Origin: Hypanus sabinus
Taxonomy: Eukaryota
Assembly (NCBI RefSeq): GCF_030144855.1
Contig: NC_082722.1
Span: forward strand, 2,356,001 to 2,420,000
Direction of reading: 5' to 3'
Length of the DNA stretch: 64,000 nt
How positions within the stretch are numbered: position 1 is the first letter of the stretch; every line of letters starts with the position of its first letter. The position numbers and the translations under genes are program-made. The notes under the pieces are model-generated. The model saw nothing but the letters and a program-made list of their open reading frames with translations. It had not been told where the DNA came from and made no database searches. Shown piece after piece: positions 1-15,000 of this stretch.

Positions 1-3000
1 CAGATCGCACCGTCTCAGTGTACAGGACCAGATCGCACCGTCTCAGAGTACAGGACCAGATGGTACAGTCTCAGAGTACAGGACCAGCTGGCACCGTCTC
101 AGATTTCAGGACTAGATGGCACAGTCTCAGAGTACAGGACAAGATGGCACAGTCTCAGAGTACAGGACCAGATGGCACCATCTCAGAGTACAGGACCAGA
201 TGGCACCGCCTCAGTGTACAGGACCAAATGGTACAGTCTCAGAGTACAGTACCAGATGGCACAGTCTCAGAATACAGGACCAGATGGCACCATCTCAGAG
301 AACAGGTCCAGATGGCACCATCTCAGAGTACAGGTCCAGATGGCACCATCTCAGAGTACAGGACCAGATGGCACCGCCTCAGTGTACAGGACCAAATGGT
401 ACAGTCTCAGAGTACAGTACCAGATGGCACAGTCTCAGAATACAGGACCAGATGGCACCATCTCAGAGTACAGGACCAGATGGCACCGTCTCAGAGTCAA
501 GGACTAGATCGCACCGCCTCAGATTACAGGACCAGATGGCACAGTCCCAGAGTACAGGACCAGTTGGCAGGTCTCAGTGTACAGGACCAGATGGCACCAT
601 CTCGGAGTACAGGACCAGATGACACCGTCTCAGATTTCAGGACTAGATGGCACAGTCTCAGAGTACAGGACAAGATGGCACAGTCTCAGAGTACAGGACC
701 AGATGGCACCATCTCAGAGTACAGGACCAGATGGCACCGCCTCAGTGTACAGGACCAAATGGTACAGTCTCAGAGTACAGTACCAGATGGCACAGTCTCA
801 GAATACAGGACCAGATGGCACCATCTCAGAGAACAGGTCCAGATGGCACCATCTCAGAGTACAGGTCCAGATGGCACCATCTCAGAGTACAGGACCAGAT
901 GGCACCGTCTCAGTGTACAGGACCAGATGGTACAGTCTCAAGAGTACAGGACCAGATCGCACCGTCTCAGTGTACAGGACCAGATCGCACCGTCTCAGAG
1001 TACAGGACCAGATGGTACAGTCTCAGAGTACAGGACCAGCTGGCACCGTCTCAGATTTCAGGACTAGATGGCACAGTCTCAGAGTACAGGACAAGATGGC
1101 ACAGTCTCAGAGTACAGGACCAGATGGCACCATCTCAGAGTACAGGACCAGATGGCACCGCCTCAGTGTACAGGACCAAATGGTACAGTCTCAGAGTACA
1201 GTACCAGATGGCACAGTCTCAGAATACAGGACCAGATGGCACCATCTCAGAGAACAGGTCCAGATGGCACCATCTCAGAGTACAGGTCCAGATGGCACCA
1301 TCTCAGAGTACAGGACCAGATGGCACCGCCTCAGTGTACAGGACCAAATGGTACAGTCTCAGAGTACAGTACCAGATGGCACAGTCTCAGAATACAGGAC
1401 CAGATGGCACCATCTCAGAGTACAGGACCAGATGGCACCGTCTCAGAGTCAAGGACTAGATCGCACCGCCTCAGATTACAGGACCAGATGGCACAGTCCC
1501 AGAGTACAGGACCAGTTGGCAGGTCTCAGTGTACAGGACCAGATGGCACCATCTCGGAGTACAGGACCAGATGACACCGTCTCTGAGTACAGTATCAGAT
1601 GGCAGGTCTCAGTGTACAGGACCAGATGGTACAGTCTCCGAGTACAGGACCAGATGGCACTGTCTCAGATTACAGGACTAGATGGCACCATCTCAGAGTC
1701 AAGGACCAGATGGCAGCGTCTCAGATTAGAGGACCAGATGGCACAGTCGCAGAGTACAGGACCAGTTGGCAAGTCTCAGAGTACAGGTCCAGATGGCACC
1801 GTCTCAGAGTCAAGGACCAGATGGCACAGTCTCAGAGTACAGGACCTGTTGGCAACGTCTCAGAGTACAGGACCAGATGGCACAGTCTCAGAGTACAGGA
1901 CCAGATGACACCGTCTCAGAGTACAGGACCAGATGGAACAGTCTCAGAGTCAAGGACCAGATGGCACCGTCTCAGATTACAGGACCAGATGGCACCGTCT
2001 CAGAGTACAGGACCAGATGGTACAGTCTCAGAGTACAGGACCAGATGGCACCGTCTCAGATTTCAGGACTAGATGGCACAGTCTCAGAGTACAGGACCAG
2101 ATCGCACCGTCTCAGAGTACAGGACCAGATGGTACAGTCTCAGAGTACAGGACCAGATGGCACCGTCTCAGATTTCAGGACTAGATGGCACAGTCTCAGA
2201 GTACAGAGCTAGATGGCACAGTCTCAGAGTACAGGTCCAGATGGCACCATCTCAGAGTGCAGGACCAGATGGCACCGCAGTGTACAGGACCAAATGGTAC
2301 AGTCTCAGAGTACAGTACCAGATGGCACAGTCTCAGAATACAGGACCAGATGGCACCATCTCAGAGTACAGGACCAGATGGCGCCATCTCAGAGTACAGG
2401 ACCAGCTGGCACCGCCTCAGTGTACAGGACCAAATGGTACAGTCTCAGAGTACTGTACCAGATGGCACAGTCTCAGAATACAGGACCAGATGGCACCATC
2501 TCAGAATACAGGACCAGATGGCACCATCTCAGAGTACAGGACCAGATGGCACCGCCTCAGATTACAGGACCAGATGGCACAGTCCCAGAGTACAGGACCA
2601 GTTGGCAGGTCTCAGATTACAGGACCAGATGGCACCGTCTCAGAGCACTGGACCATATGGCACATTCTTAGAATACAGGACCAGATGGCAAGTCTCAGAG
2701 TCCAGGACCAGATGGCTCAGTCTCAGAGTACAGGACCAGATGGCACCATCTCAGAGTACTGGACCAGATGGCACCGCCTCAGAGTACAGGACCAGATGGC
2801 ACCGTCTCAGTGTATTGGACCAGATGGCACCGTCTCAGAGTACAGGACCAGATGGTACAATCTCAGAATACAGTACCAGAAGGCACCGTCTCAGAGTACA
2901 GGACCAAATGGTACAGTCTCAGAGTACAGTACCAGATGGCACAGTCTCAGAATACAGGACCAGATGGCACCATCTCAGAGTACTGGACCAGATGGCACCG

Positions 3001-6000
3001 CCTCAGAGTACAGGACCAGATGGCACCGTCTCAGTGTACAGGACCAGATGGCACCATCTCAGAATACAGGACCAGATGGCACCATCTCAGAGTACTGGAC
3101 CAGATGGCACCGCCTCAGAGGACAGGACCAGATGGCACCATCTCAGATTCAAGGACCAGATGGCACCGTCTCAGAGTAGGCGACCAGATGGCACCGTCTC
3201 AGAGTACAGGACCAGATGGCAAGTCTCAGAGTCCAGGACCAGATGGCTCAGTCTCAGAGTACAGGACCAGATGGCACCGTCTCAGAGTCAAGGACCAGAT
3301 GGCACAGTCTCAGAGTACAGGACCTGTTGGCAACGTCTCAGAGTACAGGACCAGATGGCACAGTCTCAGAGTACAGGACCAGATGACACCGTCTCAGAGT
3401 ACAGGACCAGATGGCACCGTCTCAGTGTACAGGACCAGATGGCACCATCTGAGAGTGCAGGACCAGATGGCACAGTCTCTGAGTAGAGGACCAGATGGCA
3501 CAGTCTCTGAGTAGAGGACTAGATGGCACCGTCTCAGTGTACAGGACCAGATGGCACCATCTGAGAGTACAGGACTAGATGGTACAGTCTCTGAGTAGAG
3601 GACCAGATGGCACAGTCTCAGAGTACAGGACCAAATGGTACATTCTCAGAGTACAGGACCAGATGGCACTCTCTCAGTGTACAGGACCAGATGGTACAGT
3701 CTCAGGGTACAGGACCAGATGGCACCGTCTCAGAGTACAGGACCAAATGGTACAGTCTCAGAGTACAGTATCAGATGGCACAGTCTCAGAGTACAGGACC
3801 AGATGGCACCATCTCCGAGTACAGGACCAGATGGCACAGACTCAGAGTACAGGACTAGATGGCACCGTCTCAGTGTACAGGACCAGATGGCACCGTCTCA
3901 GAGTCAAGGACCAGATGGCAGCGTATCAGATTAGAGGATCAGATGGCACAGTCGCAGAGTACAGGACCAGTTGGCAAGACTCAGAGTACAGGACCAGTTG
4001 GCAAGTCTCAGAGTACAGGTCCAGATGGCATATTCTTAGAGTACAGGATCAGATGGCACCGTCTCAGAGTACAGGACCAGATGGTACTGTCTCAGACTAC
4101 AGGACCAGATGGCACAGTCTCGTAGTACAGGAGCAGATGGCACAGTCTCAGAGTGCAGGACCAGATGTTACAGTCTCAGATTACTGGACCAGATGGCACC
4201 ATCTCAGTGTTCAGGACCAGATGGAACAGTCTCAGAGTCAAGGACCAGATGGCACCGTCTCAGATTACAGGACCAGATGGCACAGTCTCAGAGTACAGGA
4301 CCAGATGGCACCGCCTCAGAGTACAGGACCAGATGGCACCATCTCAGTGTACAGGACCAGATGGTACAGTCTCAAGAGTACAGGACCAGATCGCACCTTC
4401 TCAGTGTCCAGGACCAGATGGTACAATCTCAGAATACAGTACCAGATGGCACCGTCTCAGAGTACAGGACCAAATGGTACAGTCTCAGAGTACAGTACCA
4501 GATGGCACAGTCTCAGAATACAGGACCAGATGGCACCATCTCAGAGTACTGGACCAGATGGCACCGACTCAGAGTACAGGACCAGATGGCACCGTCTCAG
4601 TGTACAGGACCAGATGGCACCGTCTCAGATTCAAGGACCAGATGGCACCATCTCAGAATACAGGACCAGATGGCACCATCTCAGAGTACTGGACCAGATG
4701 GCACCGCCTCAGAGGACAGGACCAGATGGCACCATCTCAGATTCAAGGACCAGATGGCACCGTCTCAGAGTAGGCGACCAGATGGCACCGTCTCAGAGTA
4801 CAGGACCAGATGGCAAGTCTCAGAGTCCAGGACCAGATGGCTCAGTCTCAGAGTACAGGACCAGATGGCACCGTCTCAGAGTCAAGGACCAGATGGCACA
4901 GTCTCAGAGTACAGGACCTGTTGGCAACGTCTCAGAGTACAGGACCAGATGGCACAGTCTCAGAGTACAGGACCAGATGACACCGTCTCAGAGTACAGGA
5001 CCAGATGGCACCGTCTCAGTGTACAGGACCAGATGGCACCATCTGAGAGTGCAGGACCAGATGGCACAGTCTCTGAGTAGAGGACCAGATGGCACAGTCT
5101 CTGAGTAGAGGACTAGATGGCACCGTCTCAGTGTACAGGACCAGATGGCACCATCTGAGAGTACAGGACTAGATGGTACAGTCTCTGAGTAGAGGACCAG
5201 ATGGCACAGTCTCAGAGTACAGGACCAAATGGTACATTCTCAGAGTACAGGACCAGATGGCACTCTCTCAGTGTACAGGACCAGATGGTACAGTCTCAGC
5301 GTACAGGACCAGATGGCACCGTCTCAGAGTACAGGACCAAATGGTACAGTCTCAGAGTACAGTATCAGATGGCACAGTCTCAGAGTACAGGACCAGATGG
5401 CACCATCTCCGAGTACAGGACCAGATGGCACAGACTCAGAGTACAGGACTAGATGGCACCGTCTCAGTGTACAGGACCAGATGGCACCGTCTCAGAGTCA
5501 AGGACCAGATGGCAGCGTATCAGATTAGAGGATCAGATGGCACAGTCGCAGAGTACAGGACCAGTTGGCAAGTCTCAGAGTACAGGTCCAGATGGCATAT
5601 TCTCAGAGTACAGGATCAGATGGCACCGTCTCAGAGTACAGGACCAGATGGTACTGTCTCAGACTACAGGACCAGATGGCACAGTCTCGTAGTACAGGAG
5701 CAGATGGCACAGTCTCAGAGTGCAGGACCAGATGTTACAGTCTCAGATTACTGGACCAGATGGCACCATCTCAGTGTTCAGGACCAGATGGAACAGTCTC
5801 AGAGTCAAGGACCAGATGGCACCGTCTCAGATTACAGGACCAGATGGCACAGTCTCAGAGTACAGGACCAGATGGCACCGCCTCAGAGTACAGGACCAGA
5901 TGGCACCATCTCAGTGTACAGGACCAGATGGTACAGTCTCAAGAGTACAGGACCAGATCGCACCTTCTCAGTGTACAGGACCAGATCGCACCGTCTCAGA

Positions 6001-9000
6001 GTACAGGACCAGATGGTACAGTCTCAGAGTACAGGACCAGATGGCACCATCTCAGATTTCAGGACTAGATGGCACAGTCTCGGAGTACAGGACAAGATGG
6101 CACAGTCTCAGAGTACAGGACCAGATGGCACCATCTCAGAGTACAGGACCAGATGGCACCGCCTCAGTGTACAGGACCAAATGGTACAGTCTCAGAGTAC
6201 AGTACCAGATGGCACAGTCTCAGAATACAGGACCAGATGGCACCATCTCAGAGTACAGGTCCAGATGGCACCATCTCAGAGTACAGGTCCAGATGGCACC
6301 GTCTCAGAGTCAAGGACTAGATCGCACCGCCTCAGATTACAGGACCAGATGGCACCGTCCCAGAGTACAGGACCAGTTGGCAGGTCTCAGTGTACAGGAC
6401 CAGATGGCACCATCTCGGAGTACAGGACCAGATGGCACAGTCCCAGAGTACAGGACCAGTTGGCAGGTCTCAGTGTACAGGACCAGATGGTACAGTCTCA
6501 GAGTACAGGACCAGATGGCACCGTCTCAGATTACAGGACTAGATGGCACAGTCTCAGAGTACAGGACCAGATGGCACATTCTCAGAGTACAGGACCAGAT
6601 GGCACCGTCTCAGAGTACAGTATCAGATGGCACAGTCTCAGAGTACAGGACCAGATGGCACCATCTCCGAGTACAGGACCAGATGGCACAGCGTCAGAGT
6701 ACAGGACTAGATGGCACCATCTCAGAGTCAAGGACCAGATGGCAGCGTCTCAGATTAGAGGACCAGATGGCACAGTCGCAGAGTACAGGACCAGTTGGCA
6801 AGTCTCAGAGTACAGGTCCAGATGGCACCGTCTCAGAGTCAAGGACCAGATGGCACAGTCTCAGAGTACAGGACCTGTTGGCAACGTCTCAGAGTACAGG
6901 ACCAGATGGCACAGTCTCAGAGTACAGGACCAGATGACACCGTCTCATAGTACAGGACCAGATGGCACCGTCTCAGTGTACAGGACCAGATGAGACCATC
7001 TGAGAGTGCAGGACCAGATGGCACAGTCTCTGAGTAGAGGACCAGATGGCACTGTCTCAAAGTAGAGGACCAGATGGCACCGTCTCAGTGTACAGGACCA
7101 GATGGCACCATCTGAGAGTACAGGACTAGATGGTACAGTCTCTGAGTAGAGGACCAGATGGCACAGTCTCAGAGTACAGGACCAAATGGTACATTCTCAG
7201 AGTACAGGACCAGATGGCACTCTCTCAGTGTACAGGACCAGATGGTACAGTATCAGAGTACAGGACCAGATGGCACCGTCTCAGAGTACAGGACCAAATG
7301 GTACAGTCTCAGAGTACAGTATCAGATGGCACAGTCTCAGAGTACAGGACCAGATGGCACCATCTCCGAGTAGAGGACCAGATGGCACAGCCTCAGAGTA
7401 CAGGACTAGATGGCACCGTCTCAGTGTACAGGACCAGATGGCACAGTCTCAGAGTCAAGGACCAGATGGCAGCGTCTCAGATTAGAGGATCAGATGGCAC
7501 AGTCGCAGAGTACAGGACCAGTTGGCAAGACTCAGAGTACAGGACCAGTTGGCAAGTCTCAGAGTACAGGTCCAGATGGCATATTCTCAGAGTACAGGAT
7601 CAGATGGCACCGTCTCAGAGTACAGGACTAGATGGTACTGTCTCAGACTACAGGACCAGATGGCACCATCTCACAGTACTGGACCAGATGGCACCATCTC
7701 AGAGTTCAGGACCAGATGGCACCGTCTCAGTGTGCAGGACCAAATGGTACAGTCTCAGAGTCAAGGACCAGATGGCACCGTCTCAGATTACAGGACCAGA
7801 TGGCACAGTCTCAGAGTACAGGACCAGATGGCACCGCCTCAGAGTACAGGACCAGATGGCACCGTCTCAGTGTTCAGGACCAGATGGCACAGTCTCAGAG
7901 TCAAGGACCAGATGGCACCATCTCAGAGTACAGGACCAGATGGCACCGCCTCAGTGTACAGGACCAAATGGTACAGTCTCAGAGTACAGTACCAGATGGC
8001 ACAGTCTCAGAATACAGGACCAGATGGCACCATCTCAGAGTACAGGTCCAGATGGCACCATCTCAGAGTACAGGTCCAGATGGCACCATCTCAGAGTACA
8101 GGACCAGATGGCACCGCCTCAGTGTACAGGACCAAATGGTACAGTCTCAGAGTACAGTACCAGATGGCACAGTCTCAGAATACAGGACCAGATGGCACCA
8201 TCTCAGAGTACAGGACCAAATGGCACCGTCTCAGAGTCAAGGACTAGATCGCACCGCCTCAGATTACAGGACCAGATGGCACAGTCCCAGAGTACAGGAC
8301 CAGTTGGCAGGTCTCAGTGTACAGGACCAGATGGCACCATCTCGGAGTACAGGACCAGATGGCACCGTCTCAGATTACAGGACCAGATGGCACAGTCTCA
8401 GAGTACAGGACCAGATGGCACCGCCTCAGAGTACAGGACCAGATGGCACCGTCTCAGTGTACAGGACCAGATGGTACAGTCTCAAGAGTACAGGACCAGA
8501 TCGCACCGTCTCAGTGTACAGGACCAGATCGCACCGTCTCAGAGTACAGGACCAGATGGTACAGTCTCAGAGTACAGGACCAGATGGCACCGTCTCAGAT
8601 TTCAGGACTAGATGGCACAGTCTCAGAGTACAGGACAAGATGGCACAGTCTCAGAGTACAGGACCAGATGGCACCATCTCAGAGTACAGGACCAGATGGC
8701 ACCGCCTCAGTGTACAGGACCAAATGGTACAGTCTCAGAGTACATTACCAGATGGCACAGTCTCAGAATACAGGACCAGATGGCACCATCTCAGAGTACA
8801 GGTCCAGATGGCACCATCTCAGAGTACAGGTCCAGATGGCACCATCTCAGAGTACAGGACCAGATGGCACCGCCTCAGTGTACAGGACCAAATGGTACAG
8901 TCTCAGAGTACAGTACCAGATGGCACAGTCTCAGAATACAGGACCAGATGGCACCATCTCAGAGTACAGGACCAGATGGCACCGTCTCAGAGTCAAGGAC

Positions 9001-12000
9001 TAGATCGCACCGCCTCAGATTACAGGACCAGATGGCACAGTCCCAGAGTACAGGACCAGTTGGCAGGTCTCAGTGTACAGGACCAGATGGCACCATCTCG
9101 GAGTACAGGACCAGATGGCACAGTCCCAGAGTACAGGACCAGTTGGCAGGTCTCAGTGTACAGGACCAGATGGTACAGTCTCAGAGTACAGGACCAGATG
9201 GCACCGTCTCAGATTACAGGACTAGATGGCACAGTCTCAGAGTACAGGACCAGATGGCACATTCTCAGAGTACAGGACCAGATGGCACCGTCTCAGAGTA
9301 CAGTATCAGATGGCACAGTCTCAGAGTACAGGACCAGATGGCACCATCTCCGAGTACAGGACCAGATGGCACAGCCTCAGAGTACAGGACTAGATGGCAC
9401 CATCTCAGAGTCAAGGACCAGATGGCAGCGTCTCAGATTAGAGGACCAGATGGCACAGTCACAGAGTACAGGACCAGTTGGCAAGTCTCAGAGTACAGGT
9501 CCAGATGGCACCGTCTCAGAGTCAAGGACCAGATGGCACAGTCTCAGAGTACAGGACCTGTTGGCAACGTCTCAGAGTACAGGACCAGATGGCACAGTCT
9601 CAGAGTACAGGAACAGATGACACCGTCTCAGTGTACAGGACCAGATGGCACCATCTGAGAGTGCAGGACCAGATGGCACAGTCTCTGATTAGAGGACCAG
9701 ATGGCACAGTCTCAAAGTAGAGGACCAGATGGCACCGTCTCAGTGTACAGGACCAGATGGCACCATCTGAGAGTACAGGACTAGATGGTACAGTCTCTGA
9801 GTAGAGGACCAGATGGCACAGTCTCAGAGTACAGGACCAAATGGTACATTCTCAGAGTACAGGACCAGATGGCACTCTCTCAGTGTACAGGACCAGATGG
9901 TACAGTATCAGAATACAGGACCAGATGGCACCGTCTCAGAGTACAGGACCAAATGGTACAGTCTCAGAGTACAGTATCAGATGGCACAGTCTCAGAGTAC
10001 AGGACCAGATGGCACCATCTCCGAGTACAGGACCAGATGGCACAGCCTCAGAGTACAGGACTAGATGGCACCGTCTCAGTGTACAGGACCAGATGGCACC
10101 GTCTCAGAGTCAAGGACCAGATGGCAAGACTCAGAGTACAGGACAAGTTGGCAAGTCTCAGAGTACAGGTCCAGATGGCATATTCTCAGAGTACAGGATC
10201 AGATGGCACCATCTCAGAGTACAGGACTAGATGGTACTGTCTCAGACTACAGGACCAGATGGCAAAGTCTCGTAGTACAGGAGCAGATGGCACAGTCTCA
10301 GAGTGCAGGACCAGATGTTACAGTCTCAGATTACAGGACCAGATGGCACCATCTCACAGTACTGGACCAGATGGCACCATCTCAGAGTTCAGGACCAGAT
10401 GGCACTGTCTCAGTGTGCAGGACCAAATGGTACAGTCTCAGTGTTCAGGACCAGATGAAACAGTCTCAGAGTACTGGACCAGATGGCACCGTCTCAGATT
10501 ACAGGACCAGATGGCACAGTCTCAGAGTACAGGACCAGATGGCACCGCCTCAGAGTACAGGACCAGATGGCACCGTCTCAGTGTACAGGACCAGATGGTA
10601 CAGTCTCAAGAGTACAGGACCAGATCGCACCGTCTCAGTGTTCAGGACCAGATGGCACAGTCTCAGAGTACAGGACCAGATGGCACCGTCTCAGTGTACA
10701 GGACCAGATGGCACCGCCTCAGAGTCCAGGACCAGATGGCACCGTCTCAGTGTACAGGACCAGATGGAACAGTCGCAGAGTCAAGGACCAGATGGCACCG
10801 TCTCAGATTACAGGACCAGATGACACCATCTCAAAGTACAGGACCAGATGGCACCGTCTCAGTGTACAGGACCAGATGGCACAGTCTCTTAGTAGAGGAC
10901 CAGATGGCACAGTCTCAAAGTAGAGGACCAGATGGCACCGTCTCAGTGTACAGGACCAGATGGCACCATCTGAGAGTACAGGACTAGATGGTACAGTTTC
11001 TGAGTAGAGGACCAGCTGGCACAGTCTCAGAGTACAGGACCAAATGGTACATTCTCAGAGTACAGGACCAGATGGCACTCTCTCAGTGTACAGGACCAGA
11101 TGGTACCGTCTCAGAGTACAGGACTAGATGGTACTGTCTCAGACTACAGGACCAGATGGCAAAGTCTCGTAGTACAGGAGCAGATGGCACAGTCTCAGAG
11201 TGCAGGACCAGATGTTACAGTCTCAGATTACAGGACCAGATGGCACCATCTCACAGTACTGGACCAGATGGCACCATCTCAGAGTTCAGGACCAGATGGC
11301 ACCGTCTCAGTGTGCAGGACCAAATGGTACAGTCTCAGAGTCAAGGACCAGATGGCACCGTCTCAGATTACAGGACCAGATGGCACAGTCTCAGAGTACA
11401 GGACCAGATGGCACCGCCTCAGAGTACAGGACCAGATGGCACCGTCTCAGTGTACAGGACCAGATGGTACAGTCTCAAGAGTACAGGACCAGATCGCACC
11501 GTCTCAGTGTTCAGGACCAGATGGCACAGTCTCAGAGTCAAGGACCAGATGGCACCGTCTCAGATTACAGGACCAGATGGCACAGTATCAGAGTACAGGA
11601 CCAGATGGCACCGTCTCAGTGTACAGGACCAGATGGCACCGCCTCAGAGTACAGGACCAGATGGCACCGTCTCAGTGTTCAGGACCAGATGGCACAGTCT
11701 CAGAGTACAGGACCAGATGGCACATTCTCAGAGTACAGGACCAGATCGCACCGTCTCAGTGTACAGGACCAGATCGCACCGTCTCAGAGTACAGGACCAG
11801 ATGGTACAGTCTCAGAGTACAGGACCAGATGGCACCGTCTCAGATTTCAGGACTAGATGGCACAGTCTCAGAGTACAGGACAAGATGGCACAGTCTCAGA
11901 GTACAGGACCAGATCGCACCGTCTCAGAGTACAGGACCAGATGGTACAGTCTCAGAGTACAGGACCAGAAGGCACCATCTCAGAGTACAGGTCCAGATGG

Positions 12001-15000
12001 CACCATCTCAGAGTACAGGTCCAGATGGCACCATCTCAGAGTACAGGACCAGATGGCACCGCCTCAGTGTACAGGACCAAATGGTACAGTCTCAGAGTAC
12101 AGTACCAGATGGCACAGTCTCAGAATACAGGACCAGATGGCACCATCTCAGAGTACAGGACCAGATGGCACCGTCTCAGAGTCAAGGACTAGATCGCACC
12201 GCCTCAGATTACAGGACCAGATGGCACAGTCCCAGAGTACAGGACCAGTTGGCAGGTCTCAGTGTACAGGACCAGATGGCACCATCTCGGAGTACAGGAC
12301 CAGATGGCACCGTCTCAGATTACAGGACCAGATGGCACAGTCTCAGAGTACAGGACCAGATGGCACCGCCTCAGAGTACAGGACCAGATGGCACCGTCTC
12401 AGTGTACAGGACCAGATGGTACAGTCTCAAGAGTACAGGACCAGATCGCACCGTCTCAGTGTACAGGACCAGATCGCACCGTCTCAGAGTACAGGACCAG
12501 ATGGTACAGTCTCAGAGTACAGGACTAGATGGCACCGTCTCAGATTTCAGGACTAGATGGCACAGTCTCAGAGTACAGGACAAGATGGCACAGTCTCAGA
12601 GTACAGGACCAGATGGCACCATCTCAGAGTACAGGACCAGATGGCACCGCCTCAGTGTACAGGACCAAATGGTACAGTCTCAGAGTACAGTACCAGATGG
12701 CACAGTCTCAGAATACAGGACCAGATGGCACCATCTCAGAGTACAGGACCAGATGGCACTGTCTCAGAGTCAAGGACTAGATCGCACCGCCTCAGATTAC
12801 AGGACCAGATGGCACAGTCCCAGAGTACAGGACCAGTTGGCAGGTCTCAGTGTACAGGACCAGATGGCACCATCTCGGAGTACAGGACCAGATGGCACAG
12901 TCCCAGAGTAGAGGACCAGTTGGCAGGTCTCAGTGTACAGGACCAGATGGTACAGTCTCAGAGTACAGGACCAGATGGCACCGTCTCAGATTACAGGACT
13001 AGATGGCACAGTCTCAGAGTACAGGACCAGATGGCACATTCTCAGAGTACAGGACCAGATGGCACCGTCTCAGAGTACAGTATCAGATGGCACAGTCTCA
13101 GAGTACAGGACCAGATGGCACCATCTCCGAGTACAGGACCAGATGGCACAGCCTCAGAGTACAGGACTAGATGGCACCATCTCAGAGTCAAGGACCAGAT
13201 GGCAGCGTCTCAGATCAGAGGACCAGATGGCACAGTCGCAGAGTACAGGACCAGTTGGCAAGTCTCAGAGTACAGGTCCAGATGGCACCGTCTCAGAGTC
13301 AAGGACCAGATGGCACAGTCTCAGAGTACAGGACCTGTTGGCAACGTCTCAGAGTACAGGACCAGATGGCACAGTCTCAGAGTACAGGACCAGATGACAC
13401 CGTCTCAGAGTACAGGACCAGATGGCACCATCTGAGAGTGCAGGACCAGATGGCACAGTCTCTGAGTAGAGGACCAGATGGCACAGTCTCAAAGTAGAGG
13501 ACCAGATGGCACCGTCTCAGTGTACAGGACCAGATGGCACCATCTGAGAGTACAGGACTAGATGGTACAGTCTCTGAGTAGAGGACCAGATGGCACAGTC
13601 TCAGAGTACAGGACCAAATGGTACATTCTCAGAGTACAGGACCAGATGGCACTCTCTCAGTGTACAGGACCAGATGGTACAGTATCAGAGTACAGGACCA
13701 GATGGCACCGTCTCAGAGTACAGGACCAAATGGTACAGTCTCAGAGTACAGTATCAGATGGCACAGTCTCAGAGTACAGGACCAGATGGCACCATCTCCG
13801 AGTACAGGACCAGATGGCACAGCCTCAGAGTACAGGACTAGATGGCACCGTCTCAGTGTACAGGACCAGATGGCACCGTCTCAGAGTCAAGGACCAGATG
13901 GCAGCGTCTCAGATTAGAGGATCAGATGGCACAGTCGCAGAGTACAGGACCAGTTGGCAAGACTCAGAGTACAGGACCAGTTGGCAAGTCTCAGAGTACA
14001 GGTCCAGATGGCATATTCTCAGAGTACAGGATCAGATGGCACCGTCTCAGAGTACAGGACTAGATGGTACTGTCTCAGACTACAGGACCAGATGGCAAAG
14101 TCTCGTAGTACAGGAGCAGATGGCACAGTCTCAGAGTGCAGGACCAGATGTTACAGTCTCAGATTACAGGACCAGATGGCACCATCTCACAGTACTGGAC
14201 CAGATGGCACCATCTCAGAGTTCAGGACCAGATGGCACCGTCTCAGTGTGCAGGACCAAATGGTACAGTCTCAGTGTTCAGGACCAGATGAAACAGTCTC
14301 AGAGTACAGGACCAGATGGCACCGTCTCAGATTACAGGACCAGATGGCACAGTCTCAGAGTACAGGACCAGATGGCACCGCCTCAGAGTACAGGACCAGA
14401 TGGCACCGTCTCAGTGTACAGGACCAGATGGTACAGTCTCAAGAGTACAGGACCAGATCGCACCGTCTCAGTGTTCAGGACCAGATGGCACAGTCTCAGA
14501 GTACAGGACCAGATGGCACCGTCTCAGTGTACAGGACCAGATGGCACCGCCTCAGAGTCCAGGACCAGATGGCACCGTCTCAGTGTACAGGACCAGATGG
14601 AACAGTCTCAGAGTCAAGGACTAGATGGCACCGTCTCAGATTACAGGACCAGATGACACCGTCTCAGAGTACAGGACCAGATGGCACCGTCTCAGTGTAC
14701 AGGACCAGATGGCACCATCTGAGAGTGCAGGACCAGATGGCACAGTCTCTGAGTAGAGGACCAGATGGCACAGTCTCAAAGTAGAGGACCAGATGGCACC
14801 GTCTCAGTGTACAGGACCAGATGGCACCATCTGAGCGTACAGGACTAGATGGTACAGTCTCTGAGTAGAGGACCAGATGGCACAGTCTCAGAGTTCAGGA
14901 CCAAATGGTACATTCTCAGAGTACAGGACCAGATGGCACTCTCTCAGTGTACAGGACCAGATGGTACAGTCTCAGAGTACAGGACCAGATGGTACAGTAT

